From Nageia nagi (lineage: Eukaryota; Plantae; Pinophyta): a DNA stretch of 64,000 bases. Both the position numbers and the translations under genes were made by a program. This document shows, one piece after another, positions 1 to 13,229 of this stretch; positions within the stretch are counted from its first letter, which is position 1; each line of letters opens with the position of its first letter. Where the stretch lies: assembly GCA_050084985.1 (NCBI GenBank), contig JBITNC010000001.1, positions 153,016,001 to 153,080,000 of the forward strand, in the 5' to 3' direction. The notes beneath the pieces were generated by a model. The model worked only from the letters and a program-made list of their open reading frames with translations, had not been told where the DNA came from and did no database searches.

Positions 1-734
1 TGTTTCCCTTTTCTTGATGGCTTCTTTGGGTATAACCATATGTGGTTGAAAGATAAAGATCAATACAAAATAACATTCACCATAAAATGAGGAATATTTG
101 CTTTTCAACAAATGCCATTTGACTTGTCCAATGGTGGAGTAACTTTTCAAAGGGCTATGGACCATGCATTTGGGAAATTAATCAATAAAAGTATTTTGGT
201 TTATTTATATGATATCACTATTTTTTTTGTAAAATATGAAGTAGCACTTGTAGCATCTTTGATAAAATTTCCTTAAGTGCTAATAATTCAAAATATCATT
301 GAATTCAAAAAAATCCATTTTTGCTCTGGATCAAGGAAAGTCACCAGTTCATGTAATTTCAAAGTTGAATTTTCAATTGATCCAAAGAGAGTGTAAGATA
401 TCTTCAAACTCACCATTCTATTTAATATCAAGAAGCTACAAGCTTTTTTAGATCAAATAAATTTTGTGAGGAGATTCATCCAAAATTTTTCTATAATTAT
501 CTGGCTAATAATAGAACTACTAAAAGATAAAGTTCATTTTAAGTGGACACATGAGAGAATCATGGATTTTGAATAGATCAAATCAACCATCATGTCTACT
601 CTATTTTTGAAGAATATAAACTTTCCAAATGAATTTATTTTTTATGCATATGGAGTAGAGAAAAGTATAGCATTAGTTTTAACTTAGAAAGAAGATAATC
701 ATGATAAACACCCTATAGCTTTCTTCATCCAAAT
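1..734 (+). mobile_element. Decayed Ty3/gypsy (Tat-type) pol, RT and start of RNase H; outer element, part 1
   Basis: Reads FLDGFFGYNH, MPFDLSNGGVTFQRAMDHAF, LVYLYDITIF, LQAFLDQINFVRRFI, HPIAFF with stops/frameshifts; homologous to the minus-strand pol at 13.2-16 kb. Confidence 0.9.
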
Positions 735-918
735 TGATTTAACCTAAGTTAGAAAGCAATCTAGTAGTTGTCAAAATAGATAAAAATAGGTGATTTTTAA
801 TGGGGGTTTAAAACTAGGAAACTTTCTAAAAATTGTAGCACACAGTATTGCATGTATTTTTATCCTATTTGAAGGCATTGAATTAATTGAAAAAGTAGCA
901 TTGATTTTAAGTACATCA
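735..918 (+). repeat. 5' LTR of nested element
   Basis: Aligns along its length with 3810-4003 (e.g. tctagtagttgtcaaa, aaataggtgattttt, aaaattgtagcac, aaggcattgaattaat). Confidence 0.85.
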
Positions 919-1259
919 TTTTACAACATTCAGTCCATACATAAACATATTTTAGTTTTGGTTTTTAGCTAAAAAATCCAATTCAACATACTAGTTTCAA
1001 AAATAAAGATTTGAAATTAATCAAAACCAACTACTCTTTGGTTGCATTCATTTCTTGAGCTTGTTGCTCTTACCATTACTATGGAGCTATAACCTTATTA
1101 ATTGAGAGTACATGGATTTCTTTTAGTTCTTTTTCTAGTGCTACATTTACCATATGATGTCACTCTAGCAATCTCTTTGCTTCAAATTAGGTTTAAACTA
1201 TCTCAATTAAAAAGCTTGCTCTAATAACCCCCTCTTGCAAATATTTTGTGGAGTTCTAA

Positions 1260-1778
1260 GTACTGCTAAATTACATCTTGGTATTTTACATCCAAAAGTG
1301 ATAAAAGAACTTAGTATCTCAATTATAAGTAATAATCTTTGGAACACCATGCAACCACACAACCTCATCAAGGAATAAGACTATAATCCAAGTGGCATCA
1401 TTAGTTTTTTGGAAAGCAATAAAATGCACCATTTTATAACAAAAAGTATATCTAACACAATAAACATTGAATCATTACCCTATTATTTTTTGGGTAACCG
1501 TGACATAAAATCCATACTCAGATCAATCTATGGTCTTATAGGAATTAGTAGTGGCATATAAAACCCTATATTTTATGCAAAGCCCTTAGTTGTTTGGTAT
1601 ACTCTACATCTAGAGATAAACCTAATCATGTATCTCTTCATCTTTTCCCAATAATACTTCTTTACAAGAGTCATAGTTTTGGTAAATCCAAAATGACTAG
1701 TTAAACCCCCACTATGTAATTACCTCAAGATGTTCTCTCTCATAGAGCCATTGGGAATGCATAATCTATTACCCAATT
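1260..1778 (-). pseudogene. Antisense fragment of chromovirus-type gypsy integrase (zinc finger and start of core)
   Basis: Minus strand reads GNRLCIPNGSMRENIL, HSGGLTSHFGFTKT, LSMDF, MVHFIAFQKTNDAT, VWLHGVPKII. Confidence 0.8.
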
Positions 1779-3809
1779 CACCCCTCCCTCTTGTAAAGGT
1801 TTTGTGGAGTGATTTTTTTATAGTGTTGGACCAATATGGTTTTGATCACTAAATTTAGTGTGGTGATGTGTAGAGGCTTGGACATAAGGGAGAGCATATT
1901 TTTCATGCTAACTTTTTTATGTTTAAGGAGAGTGTAGAGATTAAGGTAGAAAAGTAGCATAGTGGGAGAATGAAAAAAAGGACAAGAGTTTGATGGATAG
2001 ATACTATTAGTTTTTATAGTGAAGATCATAAGAGGTTGTTCTTGCATGCATGTTTTTTTTAAGGTAGTTTTGCATGTATGGAGTAGTTTCGAAGTTGGAG
2101 TGGTTGTGGTTTGAATGCAACAAAGATATGGTAAAATACATCAATAGTTGTGTAGCTTACATGACAGAGAGTCTCAAAGAGTTCTCTTCATTGAAAAAAC
2201 CATGGGAATTTGGAAGGTTAAAACTATTGAAGAAGACAATAGACAATAATACCATGCTATAGAAGAAGATATCTCTATGAAGATGGGAAATTTGGTATAT
2301 TGTGTACACCATTGACGCAAGAGTTCCTGATATAAGGTTACTCAATTGACTATGTAGGATCAACATGGTTATAAAAACCTAAAGGATATGGATTTGTGGT
2401 GTCAATTTATCCATTGGTGAAATATAAATGAAGATCAATGATTAAAATTATTAAAGGATGAAGTTGTTAAGGTTCATAATAGAAATCCTAATTCATCTTT
2501 TAGCTAATTTTCTAATTCTAAATATGTATTTGTAGTGGACTTTTAGAAAAGAAAGAAGCTTCTAGTTGAACAAAATCAATGAGAGTCATGTTGGGAATGG
2601 GATATATGTTAGAGATTATTGGAATTTACATTTGGAAAGAGATGAAATGAACATATACACAAGCACTATTGGTCAAAAATCATGAACCATACCATGAGAT
2701 GCAAGAGGGCATCATGATGTACAAGCAATGTAGGTCATATGTGGATGAGAGGAGTTGATGATGCTACAAAGTTAGGAGTCATAGATGTGAGCACTATGGA
2801 GGAGGAGGGGCCATGAGAGGCCAAGTCACAACTAGTGGATGCAAGATACAAGAAGCCAAGGCACCAAGTAAATTACAATAGGTTATATGTACTAGGTCCA
2901 TAATGAGCTACACATATCCTAAGGAGATGAAATTTTGTGTAAATTAATTATACAAAAAAAGTGCCAAGTCATGCCTTATGCATGACTGTATAAAAAATTA
3001 AAAATGAAGATTCAAATATTACTAGATTGAGTGCATTTTCATAGAGGAATTTTTAAATGCATAGAGGGGTAATGTCAAAGACTAAGGGACATCATGTAGC
3101 ATTTGGGGGCTAAAAACAACACATGTTGTATCATGAAGGAGGGATATCATGATCTAGGAAAGCTATGCGCTGAGTCATACCCAAATACATAAGGGATCAT
3201 TCCATGCATTGAATGAGTTTTGTTGTGTAATAAACCTTGGTTAGAGATTACTAGCAACTAGAGATTGGAGGATACCTCAATTGTGATACCAAAGGAGTAT
3301 TGGTATTTGATGATTAAGTATTTTCATAAGGTTTTGTGCAATCTTAATGAAAATAAATTGAAGAGTTTAGATGATGCAAGTGAATGGGCTTTGGAAAGCC
3401 TTTCAGTTCATTAGTTTTCATAAACACTATCAATTTGGTGTTAGCTAGACTTGTAAATAATCTTTGCTATCAAGGCTACATCATTGGCATGAAAAAGGTC
3501 CAAAATTGTAGATGGTCCCTAGAGTTGGATCATAAGAGGCATGAGCCCTTTTGATTGAGTATTAACCTTAAACATCAATGGTTTGGGTGTTAGCCATAAA
3601 TAATTAGAGGGTTCAATATTAGCCATGAAATACTATGGTTTTGGTGTTCTCTATAAACATTATGATTGGTTGTTAGCCATAACACTTGTAGATTCACCTT
3701 GCACATTTTTTTTGGGAATTATCTTGAGGAATGATTCTTGTTTACAAATGTGGTCACTTTCTAAAATCAAAGGTATTTAGAGGCTGAGTTCTTTTTGACT
3801 AGGGGAGAA

Positions 3810-4003
3810 TGATGTAACTAAAGTTAGAAAGTTAGTTTAGTCAGTCTAGTAGTTGTCAAATTAGCTTAAAATAGGTGATTTTTATTGGGGGATTAAAATT
3901 AAGAATATTTCTAAAAATTGTAGCACATGATACTGCATGTATTTTATCCTATTTAAAGGCATTGAATTAATGTAAAAGGTAGTGTTGAGTTTCAATTCCA
4001 TCA
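3810..4003 (+). repeat. 3' LTR of nested element
   Basis: TG...CA ends, preceded by PPT, repeat of 735-918. Confidence 0.85.
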
Positions 4004-5583
4004 CATACTCTACATAATTCTAAAGAAAGTATAAATTCATTAAAAAATATTGTTTACAATAATGAAAGCTCTTAACAAGTTTAAGAATTACATTTCTCAA
4101 AATAAAATTCTAGTGCTTACCATTCATCCAAATGTCAAAAGTTATATCCTATAAGGTGAAATGGATCAAGGTAGATTCAAATGGATTATAAAGATTCTAA
4201 AATATGTCCTACCAATATGGTTATGTGAATACTAGTTCTTTGTAAGAAGTTGGTTGAGGATTAGAGCTTAGAGCACATCATGATTAGTGGAAACTCAAAT
4301 TATAGAACTTCTAGAATTTTTGTAAGAACCAAAAAATTGGCTAACAAAACTATGTATATATATTGACAATGGTATATTACGATATGAATTCAATTTCTCT
4401 CAAAGGATAAGGTTCAAATTAGATGCACTTAATTATTGTATGATAGATCATATTTTGTACATAAAGAATCATAATGGGATGTTATTGAGATGCATATATC
4501 CAGAGAAATTTGCTAAAATTTTGAAGGAATTCCATTCTAATTTTTATAGAGGATATTATTCAAGATATGCGACTGCAAAAAAATTTTTACAAGTAGGATT
4601 TTATTGGCCATCCATGTATATAGATTCATTTCCAATTGTTAAATAATATGAAAAATGTCATATTTATGGGAAGGAGAAGAATGGAAATAATTCCATTGCA
4701 ACCCATCATTATAGAAGAACCATTCAAGGAATGGGTCCTCGATTTCATTAGCATGATCAATCTAAGGTAATGATTAGGTAAGAGGTTTATCTTAATAGCT
4801 AAAAATTATTTTACAATATGGATAAAAGATTCTATAGTGAAATACCAAGATCAAGATACAATTATCTCTTTCATAGAAAGAATCATTACAAGATTTGGTA
4901 CTCCACAAACTATTATATAAGATAATGGTTCAACATTTTTAGGAGCTAGAGTCTCAAAATTTTCTCTCAAATATGATGTTTAATGGAAAAATTATTCCAA
5001 TTATTACCCTCAAAGTAATGGATTAGTTGAATCAACAAATAAAAATTTATTGAGAATCTTAAAGAGGATAGTAGATGATAATTAGAAAGGTTAATATAAG
5101 AAGCTCAACCTTGCACTATGGGTAGACCAAATCACCTAAAAATATTCTATAAAGTCTTTTTATTATATTCTACTTTATGGGAAAAAATAATATTGCCATC
5201 TCACATCAAGTTACTTGCATTACAATTGCTCAATTGGTATAAGTTGAATAATTCATACCCATTACAAGTAAGGATGTTTAGTTTGATCTTCTTAGATGAA
5301 CTCTGGGAGAATTTTTACAAAGAAATCCAAAAAAAAACAATGTGATTAAGAGATGATTTGACAAAAAATATGCATATAATGTTCATTTCATAACTTGCTT
5401 CTCAAATGGGACAAGGATAGATCCAATCCTAGACATCATCAAAAGTTTTATTCTCTATGGTTTTGACCATACATCATTACAAAAGAAATCCAAAAAAATG
5501 CATTCAAGTTGGAGGGAATAGATGGTTGGGTCCTTTAAATCATGATACATGGCCAAAATTTAAAGTTATGGACTACTATTAAA
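4004..5583 (+). mobile_element. Decayed Ty3/gypsy (Tat-type) pol, rest of RNase H and integrase; outer element, part 2
   Basis: ORF 4440-4646 (LLRCI..KILKEFH..GFYWPSM), EEPFKEWVLDFI, ITRFGTPQTII*DNG, SNYYPQSNGLVESTNK, GPY/F-like PYIITKEIQKNAFKL. Confidence 0.9.
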
Positions 5584-5818
5584 CCACATAATATGTATTA
5601 TATATATTTAATTTTATTTCAAGTGTATAATTTTTGAGGCATATCTTTTCATATTAAATAAGGTAGGTGCTTATTTTATTTTCTTTACCCCATTTCAAAT
5701 CTATTTCCTTAGCATTTCTTCCTCTATAATTTTTTGAGCCATTTGGATCCCTAGGGTTTGCATCTTCTCATATTTTGATTCTGCCCATTTCTAGCTTTTA
5801 TTTGATAATTCCACAAAA

Positions 5819-8430
5819 ATGGGTAAGTTCACAACTACTCAAAGTATTATAAATGATAGGAATAAGAAATTTTTTGATACAAATATGTTTAATAATAATG
5901 TTGATTTGAAAACCAAACCCTCAGAAGATGCTAATATAAAAAATAATTGATTATGAAATTTAATTTACAATACTAAGATTATCCTATCATTCTTTTGTGA
6001 AAGATGCCACCTTGTCTTAAACTTGTATATGCCCTAGATAAGAAAATATTTCACTAATCTAAGAATGTACAAAATAGCCAAGTAAATTTTATTCTTGATT
6101 TGAGTAGAGATGGCATGTACAAAGCCTTTCATTAGCTAAATGATACATTAGATTGGGCTAGTGTTAAGGTAGCTACCAAGGATACAAAGAAGCACTCATT
6201 AGATTGGCTAAATTCTTCTTTGCTAAACCTTGTTGCAAAGAAGGAAAGCACTTATGGTATTTCAAGGTTTTAATCTAACATGACCCATTTTCTTATCATC
6301 ATCATGGTGCTTTCTAAGGAAAAAGACATTCAAATTGTTTAGCTAAAATATGTCATAATTGAATATAAAAAATAAAGAATTATGTCAAGTAACACTAGGA
6401 TTGGTTTTAGATGATAGATTTACTATTAAACTAGAAAACATGAATAGATTCAACCAATATCATTCCTCCTCTTTCCAATATTGGCTTTTACTTCATCAAT
6501 ATTTGGAAACCTTTCTATATTTGGAGCTTAACTAGAAGAACAAAGATGGTACTCTAAGAAGAGTGGATTAGTGGACTCAGATGTTGTGCATTAGTGGATC
6601 ATATTATGATTTTGTAAGATATTTCTTATTTCTAGTCTTAAATTTCATTTTTGGCATAACTTTTCCTAGATTGTCTAAGTTGGCTCAATCAAATTTAAAA
6701 ATGGATAAGTTAAAAAAAGGGGGTTATTATTTCACTGATAATTATAGTCATATTACTGAGTGATTTCTATGATAAGGCTTTGAAATTATTATTTTTATAT
6801 TTTTTAAAATAGTTGTTTTCCATGGAGGTTACTAGATAAGAAAATTATGTAGCAATAATGTGGGGAGTCCCTAAGGGTTAGAAAATTTTGTACACATACC
6901 CTCTTGTTTTTTATTCTATTCAAGATCATGATAGGAATTTTTGGGATTATTTGGTGTCAAAAATGAAAAAAATTACAATTGTTTCAGATTGGTATTTGTT
7001 GGAATTATTATCCACTTGGATTTTTCACTACACATCTTAAATTTGTCAACTCAAAATCTCCAAATTTTGTAAGCATATCCGTGGATGAATTTAAAAATCA
7101 TGAGAATAATCCTAAGATAGGACCTTTTTTATCGAACATTGGAGACATCATACATTGACTTATGGAGGCAAAAATATGCCATTAGAATTGTTTTTTTAAT
7201 TGCCATTAATAAGGAGAGGATTTTACCAAATCCATTGCAAAAGAGCCTAGATAATCATGATTTCTATAAGAGTAAAAGGAAATGCTTCATATAGTATAGG
7301 GTTGAAAGCAAGAAAAAGTCTTTGCATAGATGTGTGATCAAGATAAAGCTTTCTTTAAATCTTATTCTAAGCAATATGAATCTAACAAGGGAAGGGATTT
7401 GGAGAAGAAAAGTGCTCAAATAGTAGTAAATTTTTTAGAGGCTAAAAAAGGCAAGTATTAGTTAACTCTAGAAGAAGAAGCATTTTTGAAAAAGAAGCAA
7501 AAATATAGTGAAGGTCAAAAGTTGTTGGAAGCTACCATGAAGGTCAAGTTGAAGAGAGGGCTATATCAGATAAGGATATTGAGTACATGAAAGAGATGTT
7601 GAGGAAAATGATAGAAGATGAACAAAAACAAAAATAAGAGTAAGAGAAGAAAGGTGTTGCACTAGCTAACCAACTAGAAAAGAGGATACACTTGGGAAGA
7701 AGATTATAAGAAAAAGGAAGGTTAAATACCCTAAGAAAATGTATAAGATATTGAAAAAGGGTAAACAAATGAATAAGGCCAAAGCTTGTGAAGATATTCC
7801 TTAAAGGATTGACTACTGAGAGTGATGAACCTATAAAAGATATCATTGGGGTTGATAAGTTGAAAGTTAGTAAAGGCAAGGATATAAAGACTACTTATCC
7901 TTTCATTGTAAAAAATAAAGGAGCCATAGGAGGAAAAATTCACCTAAGGATATATAAAAACTTGAAAAGCCTATTTAGAAGAAGAGGAAAATTTATCCTA
8001 CTATACAAGAAGAAGAGTAAAATCTGAAACAAATTTAAGATGTCCCTTCTTTGGATGATACAATGTTAGGTAGCCTAGAGTAAAAAGAGTTGAGTGAAAA
8101 ATATGACACTAACAAAGATATTTTAACTCTCATTCATCCTATTTTAGAGCAAATACTATATACCTCTTAGCAAGTGATAGGTTTTAGCAAAATTGATAAA
8201 TATAGTCAAGAATGGTTTGAGAAGATTAGAAAGGAAGAATAGAAAATCCAATGATAGATTCAAGTAGACACAACTATATATATCCACAATCAAGTCCTTC
8301 AAATTTTAGCAAAATAGATTGATCAATCTTTAGGATAAGCTTCTAAAGTTCAAGGAATTTCTCTACAATTTAGATAAGATAAAATCAATCAAATGGATAA
8401 GACAAAAATTATGAGAATTGGTATGACCCT
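5819..8430 (+). pseudogene. Decayed extra ORF 3' of pol in the outer Tat-type element
   Basis: Starts MGKFTTTQSIINDRNK; contains GSYYDFVRYFLFLVLNFIFG...GGYYFTDNYSHI, matching the extra ORF of the 8.4-18 kb element; K/E-rich 3' half. Confidence 0.6.
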
Positions 8431-8436
8431 TATGGA

Positions 8437-9242
8437 TGCAGATGTAGTCTATTGATAAATATAATGTAACCTTAAGATTTGATCTAGTGTAGTTCTCCAT
8501 TGCCTAGAACACTAGGGTTCTTGAAAGAGCATAAGATGGTAGGATAGTGCACTTGTGGGTTTTCTTCTCAATATCTAGGTTATAGGTTGGTTCCAATCTA
8601 TGAAAGAGGTTAAAAGTAACTAGAAAAAAATAAAAGATGCAAAGAGTAACTGGAAAGAGATGAAAATCTAATCTATAGAGTGAGAGAATTAAATAACAAA
8701 TAAATTGAAATGCATAGCTTAGACATCATCGCATAGGTAGTAATCCATAGCTGATACTAAGAATAGTACAACTATCTCACTCATGGGTCTCACAATTGCA
8801 ATACATAGCCATAATTTAGAAGTAAACTTCACACATAACAATTAGAAAATAAGATAATAGCCACAAAATGTAGAGGGAAAAATATCATAGTATTGCATTA
8901 TCATATATAAAAATAGAGCTTACACTAGGCAACTTTGTTAAAATGTCCAACCTTTTGGACCTATAACAATTTGCTATTAATAAAATCTATTTTTAAAATG
9001 GGTGGTTGTTCACCATTAATGACTTCAACTAAATCCTTTACAAACAATAATATAACTTAAATATATACAACATGTACAAATTTACAACTATAATTAATTA
9101 TACAATATGGTCATGATTTAGCACCAAATATTGGGAATCCATAGAGCTTCAATCTTTGTACCTCTTTTAGCTACAATCCATCATATATTTTTTTGAATTG
9201 ATCTTTTGGGACTATTTCTAAAATTAAGACATATGGCTTGTG
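8437..9242 (-). repeat. 3' LTR of Tat-type element (ends approximate)
   Basis: Collinear with 17173-17980 (tgtaaccttaag, gatgaaaatctaatctata, aagaatagtacaactatctcactc, aaaatgggtggtt). Confidence 0.8.
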
Positions 9243-12200
9243 AACACATTTTTCAGTCATCTAGCATACAAAAATCCTTAAATGGATTAGTTGTAGTATT
9301 TGTCACCCATCAATCAGTAGTACTCTATACATTAGGTTCCTCCCATAATTTAGGAGGCTTCAATTGAATTAAAGAATAAAAAAATCTATTTACAAAATCT
9401 ACCTTTATTTTCAAATGATTTTTCTCAAAGTCTAGAGTGAACACCAAATCTTGCAAATCACAAATGTCATTGATTCTTATCAAAATTGTTTATCTAGGCC
9501 TTGGAGTTATTATAGCTGGATCTTTCTTCATTAATGCTTTGAGCCAATTTTGCATCCCTTCAATCCTTGATCTTGGGATTGTTAAGGTCAATTAATGAAT
9601 TATAGTTTGAGAATTATATTGCTGGATAATTTATTCTATTTGATTTTTCAAGAGATGTAATTGGGACATGCAGACTAGTTTTTCTCAAACCTATTCAACC
9701 AAAATCTTTCTAAATTTCTTAATAATTGCTATCAGCCTAACTTTGTCATCATTTAAAATCTTATTTGCTATTACTACCCCTTTCAATTCTTCCTTAGTCT
9801 TTTGAGCCATTTCTTTTTCAATGAGGTTGGATTGAGCCTTAAATTCTTCAACTTGTTTCTTTATATTCTCCAACTCAACATTAGCATCCTCCAAGCTCTT
9901 TTCATGCTTAGAATTTTTCTTTGCCAACTTTTGGATTAGCTCATTATTTTGATTTTGCAATCTAGCTATTATTTTATCCTTTTGAGAGTAGTCTCCTTTG
10001 TACTATTATTCTCCATGGATTGAAGACTCTTTTTGATATTGAAAGAAGTGTTAGCCAAACACTTGGACTGGTCCATAGCTGGAACACTCTGCATATGTAC
10101 ATTTACAATAGGCATGAGAGTTATATCCAACTACCCATCTTGAAAAGGTATTTTAGCAATTTTAATATCCCTCATCTTTGTAACATTACTCAATATTCTT
10201 CCTTATTTCTTTGGGAGTATAGGGGGTTTATTAATGAATGTTTCCCAATAAATGGGCTCTACTACTTGAGTAGAAAAAATAAATTTTATTTCATCACTAG
10301 AAGCAGTTAAATAAGGAATTATAGAATCATATGATGTATTAGCTTTTGAGATTAATGTTGAGGTTTCCTAAACATGCACCTTTTTTCTATTTCCATAATA
10401 GGTATTACTTGTAATTCCTCTTCTTCTTCATCTACAACACCCTCTTCTTCATGTGGATTATCCTTTAGTTCATCTCCATCTTTGCCCACTTCTCCTTCTA
10501 CTATTATAACACCTATTTTGATTGATGTAGCCTTACTTATACCAAGCTCCTTTTCTCCCCCTTGCTGCACTTTATCCTTTATATTTTCTTATGCATATTG
10601 ATAAATGACCATGACCATGCTTTGAGGTTTATTAATATATATGGTTTTATAATAAGTTTCTATTTTTCTAGAACATATTGCTTCTGTAGGGTTTATTATT
10701 CTTTTATTACCGGCTTGATTCTTCATGTTCTCTTTGGATAAGTCTCCCTAGAAATAGCAAGAGTTGCAACTTATATATTTTTTTATTCTTTTTATTAAGA
10801 TTTAAAGAATTAGAGGCTTCATATATCTTTTTTTTCCTTAGATTTTGTAGCTTCTATTCCCACTACACCAATGGCTAATTATATCCTACATCCTTTCTTA
10901 AAAATTGGCTAGGAGTGGTTTCCCTATCTCTAGAAGTGGGTCTTCCATGTACTAAGAATTCTAGTACTAATCATAAGTAATTTCACCAAATCATTATATT
11001 TCAACATGTACCACTTTTGTGGTGTATTCAAACCTAAAATTTGTAAAATATTCAATCTTGTTGGGGCTCTAACCCACCTCATCCTGTAACTAAGTGATAA
11101 CTTCTAGGTTCAAGGAAAAATCTTATCATTTGACTTCTCAGATCTTGTATTTTTTCATGCCCTCTAGGTCCATTCATACCTTATCTAAATTATTCAATTC
11201 CCACTTTGGGGATGCCTTGACCTCCTCTTCTATCTGATTTACAAAATACTCTACATGGGTTCAGGCTTCATGACCAAATGTTAGGCATTTCTTATTTGAT
11301 TTTGTTAACTTTGTTATCTTTCCTACTGAGTCATATGTCTAGGGGGTATCTATATTATCTAACTTAAAATTGGTATAGTAAAATTTTCAAATTTATCTTT
11401 ACAACCTACTTCTATTAAATAAAAATTTATAGATTGGGCAAGTATTTTGATAACTAGTTTAAAATTACCCCTTAATGCATATTTAGTTTCTATAACATAC
11501 ATTTTTCTACCCATTTCTCAAGAATATAATTATAGGGTAACATACTTAGACATTAAAAACGGCATTTCAAAATAACCATGCCTCATTATTATTATATAAT
11601 CATTAAAACATACCAATCTCCTATCTTATTGCCTCCTTGAAGCTCATCCATAATAGATTGGTGTAGTTTATGAGTGATTCTTCCTATGAGAATCCTCATT
11701 ACTAGAGCAAAAAATTTCTCCATGAACTCATAATGTGATCCATGGAACTTTATCAACACTTACACAGTCAAATCAATTGGTGATGGTGCTATGAATGAAG
11801 TGGATGGCATAATATGGAGTCCTCCTTCTACCAAAGCTTCCATATTTTGGTGGCCTATGAGCTACCATAAATAGGATGAGTGTTGAAAATAAGATTTTTT
11901 AATATTAAATAGGTTTTTCCTAACCTCATTTGATATGAAGGTAAAAAAATCATAGTTGATGTGTTCCTTAATAATGTTATATTCCATTATCATCATGGCT
12001 TCATCCATCTCAATTTAGGTCACTCTCCCAAGAATAATAACCAACAATTGCAAGACCTGTATATCCCTTTATTTAACAAATGAGGTGATGTCATAGCACT
12101 AGAGGAGCTTAGTGGTATTTCCTTCATACCTTTGATCAATCCAATCCATCATCTCATCTTCATTTTGATAAACATTAGCCTATCCTTTTTTAAGATCAAC

Positions 12201-12639
12201 TTGTTTCTTTACATGGAAGCTTCAATCAATTTGGACTACAAATACATGGAAAATTTCATCTGGGTAGTAGTCCAAAAAATATCGAGTTGGTACTTGGACT
12301 CTTCTTCTCCCTTCTTCTACTCCTTATAAACTCTAACAATATAGCCTTGTGGGTTGTGACTAAGTGCAATGGAAAGAAGGAGCTCTCGATAAGTTAAATA
12401 TTCATAGGGCATAATATTATTTTCTCTAGTCTATGACTTCCCTTTGCCCTTAAGTTCTAGCCTCTAGTGCTACAATAACATCCTTTCAAGATAACATGCT
12501 AGGTATCCATGTGGTTCATAACCCTTGCTTTCATCCAATTTATCCTTGGATCATTGTCTAAATATTCTTCATGAATTGTTGCCATATTAGCATCTAATAC
12601 CTGCTCCATAACTACTTCAATCTTGTTAACACTAGCCAT
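9110..12639 (-). pseudogene. Decayed ~3.5 kb extra ORF, same sense as pol; globular N-part, acidic linker, coiled-coil C-part
   Basis: Starts MASVNKIEVVMEQVLD; GSHYEFMEKFFALVMRILIG...KIGDWY; acidic ORF 10352-10570; heptad-rich ORF 9691-9960. Confidence 0.65.
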
Positions 12640-13229
12640 TATCTTCAATAATTTTTGTGTAGCTCAAGTAAACATCAAACTATTGCAACCTTAATGAAAT
12701 AAAGCTTTGAAAACATCTCCCACACTTAGTGCCAAAAGCACTATAGATAATATGCTCTACAACTCTTGAAAAATTGGTCTCTAAAATTTGCTAAGTGAAG
12801 AAATAACAGATTTAGGACTATTGTTTATTTATGTAGGGTTTGATATTGGTGTTTATTAATGGCAATTAATGAATTAGTAATGTTGAGGACCACAAAAAGT
12901 GCTATGTTAGAGATGAAAAATGGGATTGTATTTTATTTAAGAGTGCCAATTTTAAATTAGAGTGTATGGCATAGGTCTATGGCTTTTCCAAGGATATCCT
13001 TTGTTTGGAGTTTGATCCTCTGATGTGATATATTGTGACCATCAAACATAACTGCCACCATACTTAGTAAATGCTACCATTAATAGCTAGTTAATGCCTT
13101 AGGAAGCACACTTTCAAAAAATAAAGTATATACAAAATAATATTTTTTAATAAATAAAATTTATTAAAAAAATAATTAATTGCATAATATAATTTAAATT
13201 ATATAATCCTATTGGGTGTTATGAAGTTA

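Larger units (their letters stand above)
735..4003 (+). mobile_element. Non-autonomous LTR element with short (~190 bp) LTRs nested in the RNase H of the outer element
   Basis: Direct repeats 735-918 and 3810-4003 begin TGAT and end CATCA; purine tract AGGGGAGAA directly before 3810; host RNase H reading resumes at 4004 (HTLHNS...); flanks CAAAT/CATAC are only a degenerate TSD. Confidence 0.8.
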
